64,000 nucleotides of DNA from the NCBI GenBank assembly GCA_964234715.1, contig OZ174288.1, one strand, 5' to 3'. Source of the stretch: Podarcis melisellensis (Eukaryota). Under the pieces are notes generated by a model, which saw nothing but the letters and a program-made list of their open reading frames with translations, was not told the DNA's origin and ran no database searches. The stretch's first letter is position 1. Each line of letters opens with the position of its first letter. Of this stretch, positions 40,252-52,747 are shown piece by piece. Made by a program: the position numbers and the translations under genes.

Positions 40252-40524
40252 TGCAGCCTTGCCCTACGGGGCTCCTCTGCAAGACCAGAACAGGACACAA
40301 TCCCTCAAGCCACATGGCCCTCAATAACAAGACATGTTACATGGGTTTATAATGGTTCACTCAGGGTACCCTTTCTCTCTCCACCTCCCATCACCACTAT
40401 CACAAACTATTCGGCAAAAGACCTGTGTGTATGGTGGGCATGCATGCTGCAAGCCTATTGTGTGAAATGCAATTCCAAGAAAGAGAGATTTCCTCAAAAT
40501 GCAAAGGTAACCATCCTGGCCCAT
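40252..40524 (+). repeat. 273-bp direct repeat, copy 2
   Basis: Matches 39196-39468 except for 3 transitions. Confidence 0.95.
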
Positions 40525-40919
40525 CAGAAAAAAAATCCAAAATCCTTCTTAGTGCTTTTACCAGGGCTAACAAAAATTCCACAAAATAGGCACGAAAGCT
40601 CTCAAGTTCCACAGTACTCTTCATAAGGCTAGAACACCTGTTGCCAGTTCCCTGCCCTCCAGCTGCTTTAAACCATGACTCCTATCATCACCACCATGCT
40701 GCTTGGGGCTCATAGAAGTTGCAGTCCCAAACAACCTGGAGGGCACCAGGTTGCAAAAGGAAGAACTAGATGGCAAACAAAACTATAGGGGGAAGAGCTG
40801 GATGATGGGGAAGCCATGGAGTCTGCACCTGATCACAGTCCTAAGGTGGAACGTGGGAGGAGGTAGCAGCCATTCAAAGCAAAGGACAGCTGGGTGCTCC
40901 ATGCTAAACCAATGTCCCC

Positions 40920-41877
40920 ATCTGGGTGTCCATCAATATGCAGATGATACCCAGCTCTACCTCTCTTTCAAATCAGAACCAGTGAAGGCGGTGAAGGTCC
41001 TGTGTGAGTGCCTGGAGGCGGTTGGAGGATGGATGGCGGCTAATGGAATGAGGCTGAATCCTGACAAGACAGAAGTACTGTTTTTGGGGGACAGGGGGCG
41101 GGCTGGTGTGGAGGACTCCCTGGTCCTGAATAGGGTAACTGTGCCCCTGAAGGACCAGGTGCGTAGCCTGGGAGTCATTTTGGACTCACAGCTGTCCATG
41201 GAGGCACAGGTCAATTCTGTATCCAGGGCAGCTGTCTACCAACTCCACCTGGTACGCAGGCTGAGACCCTACCTGCCCGCAGACTGTCTCGCCAGAGTAG
41301 TGCAGGCTCTAGTTATCTCCCGCTTGGACTACTGCAATGCGCTCTACGTGGGACTACCTTTGAAGGTGACTCGGAAACTACAGCTAATCCAGAATGCGGC
41401 AGCTAGGCTGGTGACTGGGGGCGGCCGCCGAGACCACATAACACCGGTCTTGAAAGACCTACATTGGCTCCCAGTACGTTTCCGAGCACAATTCAAAGTG
41501 TTGGTGTTGACCTTTAAAGCCCTAAACGGCCTCGGCCCAGTATACCTGAAGGAGCGTCTCCACCCCCATCGTTCTGCCCGGACGCTGAGGTCCAGTGCCG
41601 AGGGCCTTCTGGCGGTTCCCTCATTGCGAGAAGCAAAGCTACAGGGAACCAGGCAGAGGGCCTTTTCGGTAGTGGCGCCCGCCCTGTGGAACGCCCTCCC
41701 AGCAGATGTCAAAACGATAAACAACTACTTGACATTCAGAAAACATCTTAAGGCAGCCCTGTTCAGGGAAGTTTTTAATGTATGATATTTTAGTGTTTCC
41801 TGGTTTCTATGGAAGCCGCCCAGAGTGGCTGGGGGGGCCCAGCCAGATGGGCGGGGTATAAATAATAAATAATAATA

Positions 41878-41915
<38 letters not shown>
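40920..41915 (+). mobile_element. L2 LINE, 5'-truncated at the RT YADD motif, ORF2 intact to its stop at 41785
   Basis: HQYADDTQLYLSF...LNPDKTEVL...SRLDYCNALY...LHWLPVRFRAQFK are L2 ORF2 signatures; 3' UTR ends GGGCGGGGTATAAAT followed by a (TAA/TTA)n tail. Confidence 0.95.
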
Positions 41916-42425
41916 CTCAGTGCATTTTGGGTTTTCCCCATTTCAGTGCAATTTAGCTTTCTGCCACGAGATGGCAGATTTCTCCCAGGGATGAGAAGCC
42001 CACTCCGCAGCTCCACTCTGGAGGAGCAAGGTTTTCCTACTTCTTCTCCACTTTCTCTTCTCCCTGCCCCCACTTTCTGTTGAGAGATACATTCCCTGGG
42101 GATAATCTGTCAGGGGCTGCATACCAGCAGCGGGCAGTCGCCGTCAAAAGTGGGTGGTGCCAGGGCCAAACTGGGGCTGGGGTGTGGGTTGCCCCCTTTC
42201 TATCTGCTACTTCTTTTTCTCACTGGTCTAAGATAACACTCACATAAAAAGGGGGAATAGACCTAGACACCCCTGGCCCCCTCTGCGTTCTCAATGGGTG
42301 AGGAGGGCAGCTCTTCAGCAGGTATAGCTGGAGATGGGGCGCGGAGGTGGCATTCTGCAAGGGGAAATACCTGAGCAAAGGCAGATGGATCACAAAGCAA
42401 AGCTGGTGTAGAATAGGCCTGTGGA

Positions 42426-42571
42426 CATAGAATCACAGAATTGGTAGAGTTGGAAGGAGCAACAAGGCCCATCTGGTTCAACCCCCTGCAATGCGATAAA
42501 CTTTTGCCCAATGTGGAGCTCAAACCCACAACCTCGAGATGAAGAGTCTCATGCTCTACCGACTGAGCTAT
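42426..42571 (-). mobile_element. tRNA-Lys(CTT)-derived SINE with CR1-type 3' tail
   Basis: Minus strand reads TAGCTCAGTCGGTAGAGCATGAGACTCTTCATCTCGAGGTTGTGGGTTTGAGCTCCACATTGGGC (tRNA-Lys-like), then a CR1-type ...ATTCTGTGATTCTATG tail. Confidence 0.75.
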
Positions 42572-42709
42572 TATGATGATGGGCAGGCACAGGTACATAA
42601 TGCAGGCTGCTTCAGAACTGTTGGCAGAAGCAAGGTCTATGATACAGAAAGCAACTTCGGTGGTTTGTGGCCTAAGAACACAACCTTAAGAGAGCAGTAT
42701 GCCAGGGAC

Positions 42710-42713
<4 letters not shown>

Positions 42714-42760
<47 letters not shown>
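42714..42760. repeat. (AG)n microsatellite
   Basis: Direct reading. Confidence 0.95.
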
Positions 42761-42761
<1 letters not shown>

Positions 42762-44035
42762 ATTGAACTGGTTTGAAACTTCCTCTGGCTGCTGCTTTGT
42801 CAACTTGTTCCCTGCAGAGAGTACACTGGTGAGGCAAACCCTACAGAGGCTGCTTCTGCCTCTCCTCCCTGACCCCACTGCCCAGCCACTCCATCTTTTG
42901 ATGGCCCCAGATCATTCAGGGTGGGCTGACCTGACCCAGGACAACCTGAGGCTGTCTCATCCCCATCCAGTCAAATCTCAGGTGTTTGCACACAGTGCCT
43001 TTCAGTTTTGCCCCAACCTGAAAAGGCCTCCTTCCTCCAGTACTGCACTGAAGTAGTTTTATGTAGACTATTGGGCTTAACGGTCTTACAGTTCTCACCT
43101 AAAATTATATACTGCCTGATGCAAAAATAGACTTCTAAACAGTTAACAAGGATAAAAAACCAGTTGCATCTCCGGGAAGAACTTCCTGCCTCAACACTCT
43201 CACTTCCGGGTTTGGCTTGCCCCGCCTCCAGGTGGCACGTCCTGATGAGGTCACACTTGCAGACGCACATAGACAAGCCACCCATCTTGGTGTCTAATCC
43301 CCTTTTAAAGTGATGGTGGCTGTATAGTACCTCCAGCATCGAAAGCTTCTGAACACCTATAGCTGGAGCAAGTGCTGCTGCACTCATGTCCAGCTTGTGG
43401 CCTTCCCATGGGCATCTGTCTGGCCCCTCAGAGATCTTCTCATGTTCTTGCACATGTTGTAAGACTTGTGAGCAGAGGAAAGCTCCACCTGCCTTAGGAT
43501 CCAAACCCAGATTCTGCCTGGTCCCATAATGGCAGCATCTTATTTCAGATCATTGAGGTTGCTTAAATCAATAGAGAACAACTAGATTGCTTAATGCTCC
43601 ATTTCAATGTATAATAATAATAATAATAATATCATCCATCTGTACATGGCACATCATGGAAGGAAAAGCTAAAAGCACTCACTGTGAAACAGTGAAACAT
43701 GTTGGGCTCTTGACCCAGTTGCTCCCAAGCGCCCTCTCCCGCACGTGGTGCCCATTCTGCACTTTGGTATACCAGAGGGCAATGAAACAGGCGAGACAAC
43801 AGCTAGAGCACAAGTGGCAAAAGCTGACCAAGCCTTGTGAAGCAACATCATCCTGCTTACTGCACAGGAGTGTGGATGTCAAAGAAGGACCACTTCTCTG
43901 CATCCATTGCATCCCAAAGCAGCTGTCCAGTGGAGCTTTCTTTATTATTATTATTCTCCAGGGCTTGTTTATGCTCCTGTCCCCCTCAGTGTAGAGTAAC
44001 CAGGGGGGCTTGTTTATATTGACTCTATGGAATGA

Positions 44036-44365
44036 ACCTTTAAAGCCCTAAACAGCCTCGGTCCTGTATACCTGAAGGAGCATCTCCACCCCAGCGGTGA
44101 GAGCCTTCTGGTGGTTCCCTCATTGTGAGAAGTGAGGTTACAGGGAACCAGACAGAGGGCCTTCTTGGTAGTGGCGCCCACCCTGTGGAACACCCTCCCT
44201 TCAGATGTGAAGGAAATAAGCAGTTATCCTACCTTTAAAAGACATCTGAAGGCAGCCCTGTTTAGTGAAGTTTTTAATATTTAATGCTGTACTGTTTTTA
44301 ACATTTGATTGGGAGCTGCCCAGCGTGGCTGGTGAGACTCAGCCAGATGGGCGGGGTATAAATAA

Positions 44366-44403
<38 letters not shown>
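44036..44403 (+). mobile_element. L2 LINE 3' fragment
   Basis: Highly similar to 41510-41915 with a small internal deletion; (TTA)n tail. Confidence 0.9.
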
Positions 44404-44404
<1 letters not shown>

Positions 44405-45299
44405 CGCTTTGAAAGCCCATTGTGACCTTGAGCCAGTCACTGCCTCTTGCCCACCTCACAGAGATGTTGCGGGATAAAATGAGGAGAACAAGCTCTTGAG
44501 CTCCTTGGAGAAAAAAGATATAAATGCAGTAAATAAATAAACATTGCATTTCTCCCTAGGAGAGTTAGGTTGGTTTTCCACCCACATGATGGCAAATGCA
44601 ACTTTTCTCCCCCAAACAAACAAACCTGGGAACGAGAGTGGGTTTCAGATTTCGACACTGGGCAACAACAACAAACATTTGCAATAAATAATCATGGGAA
44701 ATGATTTGACTCATAGCAGAGAGAGAGAAAACCCGACAAAGCAAAAGACTGGTGGTCTGGTCATGTAATTCGCAAAAAGCAGCAAGAGCTTTATCAGAAG
44801 TAAGCAGTTAATATAATATGAGAAGAGCTGTCCCATCTAGTCCAGCATCATGTTCTCACAGTGGCCAACCAGATGCCTGTGGAAAACCTGCAAACAGGAG
44901 CTAAGCATAAGAGCTCTCTCTCCCCTCCTGCGGTTTCCAGCAGCTGGTATTCAGAAACATAGTCGTTGTGGCTAGAATTAATTGATAGCCTTCTCCATGA
45001 ATTTCTCTAATCCTCTTTTAAAATCATCCAAGTTAGTCACCATCACTGCGTCCTGTGGGAGCTAGTGAAAGAATGTCTGCCCATCTTCTGATCAAGGACC
45101 ACGCATCTGTGCAAAATCTCACTCGACATCCCAAGCGGGAGAATTTCTTCTAGGGGTGGGATGGCACTTTATTTACAACACAGCGAACCATGACAAACTG
45201 GACAAATTCATATATGGAATCATATGATGATGAATTCTGGTAATGCCACCCCTTTGGTCAAGACTAGATAGCAGAGAGGCAAAAATCCAGTGGAGAATA

Positions 45300-45520
45300 C
45301 AGTGATACCTCGGGTTATAGACGCTTCAGGTTACAGACTCTGCTAACCCAGAAATAGTACCTCAGGTTAAGAACTTTGCTTCAGGATGAGAACAGAAACA
45401 GTGCAGTGGCAGTGGGAGGCCCCATTAGCTAAAGTGGTACCTCAGGATAAGAACAGTTTCAGGTTAAGAATGGACCTCCATTCTTAAATTAAATTAAATT
45501 CTTAACCTGAGGTACCACTG
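45300..45520. mobile_element. Tc1/mariner (Tigger/pogo-like) MITE
   Basis: TA|CAGTGATACCTC...GAGGTACCACTG|TA: TIRs with TA TSD. Confidence 0.85.
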
Positions 45521-46093
45521 TAATGTGTTGCCCCTCCAGCACAGTACATCAACAGAGCATGGGAAGTATAGTTTTCCATGTGGCAGTCTGTCCCTTGACC
45601 TAACTGAAGCATGTCTCAAGAATGACAAAAGCCTGGGGTGCATAGAACAATGTACGCCAATGCCTTATGTAATATCTTGTGCTTTCATAAACAGGCCTGC
45701 CTCACTCTCTGGAGGACAAAGGCCCTTCATTAGGCTTACTAAAATTAAGCCATGCAGAATTTCTGGGGCCTGGAACACAGTTCTCCAAAATTTACCAACC
45801 ACAGCTCATAAAAGTCGCTGAGCTGTACAAAACACTTATGGCAACAGGCCACAGATATAAATCCCAGTGCGCAAGCCATCCTATAAACACTGGACATAGG
45901 CTTTCTTCCCTCTCATGAATTTAAAGCATTAAAGATTGTAGAGAGGGGGGTCAAACATCCAGGGGCAGCCCAAGAGGGGCAGCAAATGGTACCTCTCTTT
46001 GCCCCCATCCAAGTCTATGGTCCTAATCAGTTATACCCATTGAAATTAATGGACCTATATTGGTTGTATTTGTTAACTTCGATAGATCTACTG

Positions 46094-46228
46094 CAGCCTT
46101 TCTCAATCTTGGTCCCCAGAGGATGTTGGACTACAACTCCCATCATCTATGACCACTGGTCCCGCTCACTAGGGATGATGGGAGTTGTAGTCCAACAAAA
46201 TCAGGGGACCCAAGGCTGTGAAAGGCTG
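46094..46228. mobile_element. Palindromic hAT-type MITE; related hairpin copies at ~6940, 7505, 12337, 26900, 35270, 39760, 46715, 48500, 56310, 63580
   Basis: CAGCCTTTC...GAAAGGCTG termini, internal arms GTTGGACTACAACTCCCATCATC / GATGATGGGAGTTGTAGTCCAAC, 8-bp TSD ATCTACTG/ATCTACTC. Confidence 0.8.
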
Positions 46229-47390
46229 ATCTACTCTGACTAGGATTAGCATTGACTATCACCCAAAGTACACAGTATCAGAGCCCAGCAAAGTTATTCT
46301 GACACCTGAGGCAGAAGCACCCTAAATCAGGTGTTCAAGGTGGTTGCCCCTCTCTGCTGAACAGTAGAGCCGGCCAGGCAAATACCTAAGCTTCATAGAT
46401 GGATAGATCCCATCCTGAACCCTTCTTCTCAATTTCTTAATGAACTTTTATTAATCAGCAGAAGGTCACAAAGCATTGCCTCCTTCATTGGAAGTAAAGA
46501 TTTGCTCAATTACCTAGTACCTTCAGAGGTTTTTTTCCAGAAGAGTTCTGCATGAGAGTAAATGAATGCCCTGCTGCTGACATGCTATGCATTCTGCTGC
46601 CCTCCGTCACCCTGTGCCACAACTTGATTTGAGCCAGGGCTGGTGCTCATTAGAACCCTGTTTTCAGCACCAGGCTTTGGTCCTCCTGTGTTACAAGGCA
46701 ATACAACATAACTGGGGATCCTGCAGGCCTTCCATATGCAGCTGGACTACAACTCCCATCATCCCTGACCATTGGCTATGCTGGCTGAGGCTGATGGGGA
46801 CTAGCGTCCAACAGCAATGGGACTCCCAACAGCTGACAAGAACTAGAGTCCGACATCAATGAGTTACAACCAGATCCCTGTTTTCGCTTGAGAAGTGTTG
46901 AAGGCTATGCCCCAGCAAAGAGTTATTTCTTCACCCCGGGAGTGGGACCAGGCTCCTGATTTCAGACTGTTTGACGAGGAAGTCCTTTAGAAGCCAGTGG
47001 GATTGGTTTAAATATTGCTTTTAGCATGTGAGTCTCTCTTTCTTCTTCTTTTTTTCTGGGCACCATTCAGGGGGTTGTTGTTCCTTTTAAGTCACTTTCA
47101 TCCCTCGCAGCCTCTCTCTCTCTCTCTCTCTTGCTCTGTGTAAGTTAGAAGGGGTTAAGCTGCTGATCCTCTAGCTAACCGCCTCATCCTGTTCTGTCGG
47201 CTAAGTGGCGCCGCAGATAGCGAGGGGGCTTCCAAAAACCCCTGAGACTTCACCATGTGAGCCAGCCAGAAAAGCCAGGGCTCCCCTCCCCAAAGGCTTT
47301 GTTGTTGTTGTCATCGCTGCTGCTGCAGGAAAACACACTTTGAAATCACAGCGCATATTCATCAAGAGCCCTTTCATCCTAAAACAGGGT

Positions 47391-47391
<1 letters not shown>

Positions 47392-47434
<43 letters not shown>
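47392..47434. repeat. (TG)n microsatellite
   Basis: Direct reading. Confidence 0.95.
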
Positions 47435-47438
<4 letters not shown>

Positions 47439-49751
47439 AAAAGTTGTACTGGAGGGAAGAGAAAGGAGAGGAAGAAAGAGAGGCAGGGAGAATAACGTGA
47501 TGGGCAGAGTCTGGAGAACCCAGGGCCTAGAGTAAGGAGGAAACACAAAGGGAGCAGAAGAGGGTGCTTTGCAACATGTGGGAAAGTGGCAGGGGTGTGT
47601 GCAATAAAAATGGGCAGGGGAGGGGAGGGAATGAAAAATCAAAAAGGACTGTGCAGCAAATGAAGAACTGGAGGCAGGCAGCAGCTTTTAAGTGAGTTGG
47701 AAGTGATATGTTAGAGGTTTTCATTGCCACTGATCTACACACACATACATTTTTCACCAGTGTTGTTTTGTAGGTTTCCCCCACATTGCAAGCCCTTGCA
47801 AAGCCTGCCTAAGCAAAGGGTGGTGGTGGAATGAGCCTGCACTCAAGGGGCAGCAGCTGCTGTCTCATAATAACCCACCCTGGTGGGGGGAGGAAACGCT
47901 TGTCTGGTTCCAGCTGCAATCTACTCTGGCTAAAACTTCGTTGAATACCACCTTCTCTCTGCTCCATCTGTATCCGGAGAGGTCCTCTGCTGATGTGCCA
48001 AGGTAGTAATGGACTGGATGAGAAATCATATTTTGAAACCGATTCCAAGGAAGTTGGAGGAGCTGTGGATGAGTGGTTTGGATCCAGGGTTTGTCAAGGA
48101 AGCCTGCTGTGGATGGGGTTGCACTCCCATTTACAGATCAGGTGGGTAGTTTATGGGTGTTCCTGCAACAACTGCTATCTCTGGAGATTCAAGTGATCAC
48201 AGTGGGTAGAAGGAGTTGCTATGCTTGACATTACCTAGGGCATAAACCATGGCTCTTACTTGGATCAGTATAGCCTGCTAATACTGATCCATGCTCTAGT
48301 ATCCTCCAGGGTCAGGTTGCTGTAATGCATTCTGCATGGAAATGTAGAGTTGGGAAGCTTTGATTAGTGCAAAATGCCGCAGCGTTCACATAACACCAAT
48401 ATTAAAATATCTGCATTGGCTGCTGGTTATCTTCCAAACAGGATTTATATAACACAAATTAATCCTTAAGCATTTGTGCTTAGGTACATGTTTCTCTGCA
48501 GATGTGGCTAGACTACAGTTCCTACCATCCCCCAGACCCTGAGTGTTGCCTCTGCTGGACGGGGATGATGGGCACAGTAGTCCAACAATGTCTGGAGGGC
48601 ACCCTGTTGACTAGTCCTGGGATAAGGAATTTGTGACATTGTGTGTACAGAAGTAGAAGAGCAGGGCCAATTGATTCCCACACTTCTGAGCCACTGAGAA
48701 GAGAGTTGTTCTGCTGCTCTTGTGAAGCGGCAAGATTCACACTGCCAAATAAATAAGATTTACGTTGTGGGGGCAGGGGGGTGGGGAGGCAGACTACATT
48801 ATTTTAAAAAACAGGGAGCAGCATTTTTTGCTCTGTTTTAAACCTCGCAAGAACGCCAAAATGGAACAGAGTCCATTGATGCATTTTGTTTTCTCTCAGT
48901 CCTCGTTGTCCAATCGCAAATTTTGACTCATATGCACAAATTTTTAAGCAGTTCCCCCTAATATAATTCATTTATTATTATTATTAATAGATATATTCTT
49001 ATGTACACTTTCCCTTAAAATACGAATTTTGTACACGCTGCTTGGTTGTGCATTGTGAAATTCAGAAAAGTGTCCATTTCGAAGAATATCTCCGATTCAG
49101 TTCACGTATTAATTCTAGAAGGTTGTTTCTCATTAAAATGCAAACAGAATCAAATTTCTCCCCCATCCCTCTTTCACCAGCCACATTCAGCAATCTGCAC
49201 CAACAAATTTAAGGAACTCTTTTGTCTAAGATCACCCTAGTTTCTTATGCCTCTCATTCCTTGCCACTGTGCCTTTTTGTCTGCCCTCCTCTGGAGGGAT
49301 GGTTGGGGAGCATAGGGGCAAAGCCACAAAGGACCTAGGAGACTATTAGACTCTCCTATCCTTCTGGCAATCAGCATGCACCAGGGATGGGTGGGGTGGG
49401 AGAGGGAAAAGCCCCCACCACCCCCCACAAATAAATGTAGCCATCAATTCCACCCAAGGTTTATTTCCCAGGTTAGCACAATACAAGGGGTCTCTGGGTG
49501 CCCCTGGAACCTAGCAGAACAAAACGCACTAAGACGTTAAGGGGCCATTTGTAACCAAATCCCACCACACCAGATACTGCTGGGATTAGGTCAGAAATAT
49601 TTTCCCAGAATACCCTCTCCGCCAAAAGAAAAAAGGGGGGAAATCCCTCCTACAGATGTTCAGCGTCCACACCACAGATGTTGTTCCTCTTACAAGACAA
49701 GCTTCCCTAGTCGTTTGTGCACTGCGATAGAAAAAGTTATATTCCCCCTCT

Positions 49752-49755
<4 letters not shown>

Positions 49756-49828
<73 letters not shown>
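49756..49828. repeat. Compound (TC)n(AC)n microsatellite
   Basis: Direct reading. Confidence 0.95.
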
Positions 49829-49829
<1 letters not shown>

Positions 49830-52226
49830 CAGTGGGTAAATTCAACCACTTTCTGAAATTAAAAGTAAGTAGAGAAGGCAAGGGAGGGTTACAAATTAGG
49901 AACTTCACTGAAAGGTGCATAAGCTGTTCCCCCATCCTTAGCATGTGATTTTCTTTTCCTTCCTCTATCCTCATTCCTGCCTGCAGTTTTCTGCACAGCT
50001 TCTAGCCCCTGCCTCCTCCCACGTTGACATATATCCTACAGAAGCAAGTACAATGTTAAGGGACCATTTGTAACCTAACACCACCACACCATATCAAGTT
50101 GAGGATCAACCCACCTAACACCCAAATTGTGCTTTTGTACTGATATAAACCGGATCGGGCCATCTTCAACTATGTCAACAAACGCAAGGCACTTCTAAAC
50201 TGTCCCTGTCCCATGGGAGGGAGGATACCCAAAATTTAGGTTTGTTTAACCCAAGTGGGTTAAAGGATTCTGCTGTTCTGCAACAGATCCACTCAAAAAA
50301 GGGAAAAGAACCAGACTCTTTGTGACTTGGAAAGTGAAGGGGAAATGCATTGAAAAGTGTGGGGTGAATGAATGAATGACTAACAGGAAGATGTATATAC
50401 CCACAGGCAAATCAAGACAACTACGGGGCACATGCTCATTGTTGTCTAACTGCCCCACAAACAAATCAGAACAAATGCTCAATAAAAGTTGGATGCAATG
50501 TAACCTCCACATAAGCTTTGTGCAAGCAGATTAGGAGAAATGCTCAATAAATAGGGTGTCTGGAGGAACCCCACACAGGCAAATTCAGGTTGCACAGCTG
50601 AAGTTGTTTTGATGCTCTTCCTCAGCCCACCCACTTCCACTCAAAAATTGACTTGTTGCCATAAGGAAAGCACATCCAATACCCTTTTAATACTCTTTTG
50701 GCGGGGCTATTGCTTTTATTCTTATTTTATATACTGTGATCTTTTTATGTCAGCCGCCCTGAGACCTCCGGGTATATGGCGGTATATAAACTCAATCAAT
50801 CAATCAATCAATGGGAAAGTGCACTGGGAAGTGTGGGATAACATTTGCTTGATACAACATAGGCCTCATAAGCACTAAACATTTAAGGCAGTATCATGCC
50901 ACCTTAAACAGCCAGGGCTTTCCCTAGAGAATAGTGGACGTTGTAGTTTGCTAAAGGTGCTGAGAGTTGTTAGGAGAGCTACAAATCCAAGAGTTCCCTG
51001 TGAAGAGGGATTGATTGTTAACCACTGAGAACTGCACTGGAGGCTGCTCCATTTGGGCAAATGGAGCCCCACCCCACCAACCCCTCTGCTCTCAGTTTGC
51101 CCCCACCGGCCTGCCTGCCTTACAATTCATCCGAGGGTTGACACCACCTGTCAGTTTCCTCCTCCTCAATCTCAGGCTGCATTCACACAGCAGTTTGTTC
51201 CATTTCCCCAACATTTCCCTAACTGTTAATTTCAACGTTATATGTGAGCTTCCACACAATGTAAAAGCCACTTCTAGAAAACTAACAAAATACGTTTGGC
51301 ACTCATTTCTGTGTTATTTGATTCCATTAAAAACCTGTTTGCAGTCCCCTAAGCTGGAAAATCGAGCATGTAAAACGGTTGTAAATCAAAGATTATCGTG
51401 ACAGTCCATGAAGTTGTTTGAAAAATTGGGTAAGAATTGCGTAGTGCCAACCCGGGAGGAGTAGGTCTGAGATGGGTGCACTGATGTGTCTTGAAAAAGG
51501 AGTGAACTGGTACTCTGTTGAACTCTACTGCTTTCACATTGCATCTTCCATTAGTCAATTTGTGTGAAGTGTCTGGCACGCAACGTACTATATGCCCATT
51601 CTTTCACACAACTTCATAGATTGTCACTGTAATCTTCCATTTACAGCACTGTTAACCCAGCAGTGACTGGTTCCCATTGGATCCAGTAAGGAAGAATGCA
51701 GGGAGCTCAACAGCCCCATGTTGTTCGTTCGAGTCCCACGTTAGGCAAAAGATTCCAGCATTGCAGGGGGTTAGACTAGATGACCCTCGTGGTCCCTTCG
51801 AACCCTATGATTCTATGAATATAATTCGGCCCACCCCCACCCCCATTAACAAATAGAGACAGAAGCAGTGACAGGCAGATTCAGCTAATTCTGGCTTCAT
51901 TCCCATCCTCTGCTGAGGAGCAACACTGAGCCTGGTGGTGAGAAAGCTGACAGGCAGCGACACCCCTTGGATGGATTGTAAGTAAGGCAGGGGAAGTGGG
52001 GGGTCAGCTGAAAGCAGATTGGGGTTGGCAGGGCAGCGCCCCCATTTGCTGAAATGGCCCAACCCCCACTGGCAGGAGATTCAGAGTCCTGTGCAAGAGG
52101 ACTGAGGCTCATGATAGCTCACAAAATTATGTATGGCATAGAGAAAGCAGATAGGAAACCGTTTCTCTCTCTCATAAAACCACAGACATCCAATGTTGGG
52201 GGATTCAGCACAGATAAAAGAAAGTA

Positions 52227-52407
52227 CTGTATTTTTCTGTGTATAAGACGCCCCCATGTATAAGATGCCCCCAACTTTTGAGGACCCCAAATTTAGAAAA
52301 TGGGCATATGCACTATCCGTGTGTAAGACACCTCCATATTTTTAACCTTATTTCAAAGTAAAAAAACACAACACAAAAAACCTAGTCTTATACACGGAAA
52401 AGTACAG
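52227..52407. mobile_element. Tc1/mariner-type MITE inserted in a CR1-like fragment
   Basis: TA|CTGTATTTTTCTGTGTATAAGAC...GTCTTATACACGGAAAAGTACAG|TA; the host sequence AAAGAAAG-TA-CTTCTT is restored on excision. Confidence 0.85.
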
Positions 52408-52747
52408 TACTTCTTTTCACTGTGAAACTTGTTTCCAGAGGAGGTGGTGATGGCCAACAACTTGGATGGCTTTAAAAGAGGATTGAACAAATTCACGGAG
52501 AAGAAAGTGCTCAAGGACTACTGGCCATCATGGCTGTGCTCTGTGACTGAATTCAGAGGCTGCAATGCTTCCGAATGCCAGTTGCTGGAAACGCCCTCAA
52601 GAGGAGCGTACACTTGGGTTCATGTCCTGCTTGCGGGTTTCTCACAGGCATCTGGTTGGCCACTGTGAGAACAGGATGCTGGACGAGATGGGCCATTCGG
52701 AGATCCAGCAGGCTCTTCTTCTGTTCTTAACCATCACATCATCATCA

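Noticed and set aside
39085-40626. Paired ORFs sharing SLALRGSSARPEQDTIPQATW...
   Set aside because: The shared peptide simply reflects the 273-bp DNA duplication; non-ATG starts and no domain.
40703-40919. N-terminal ~70 aa of the 360-aa ORF
   Set aside because: Flanking MITE and unique sequence fortuitously in frame with the 5'-truncated L2; not a real fusion protein without expression evidence.
42500-42571. tRNA-Lys-like gene (and tRNA-like heads at 28180, 29349 and in the Sauria SINEs)
   Set aside because: Acceptor stem and box B are degenerate and each is fused to a SINE body or tail; these are SINE heads, not tRNA genes.
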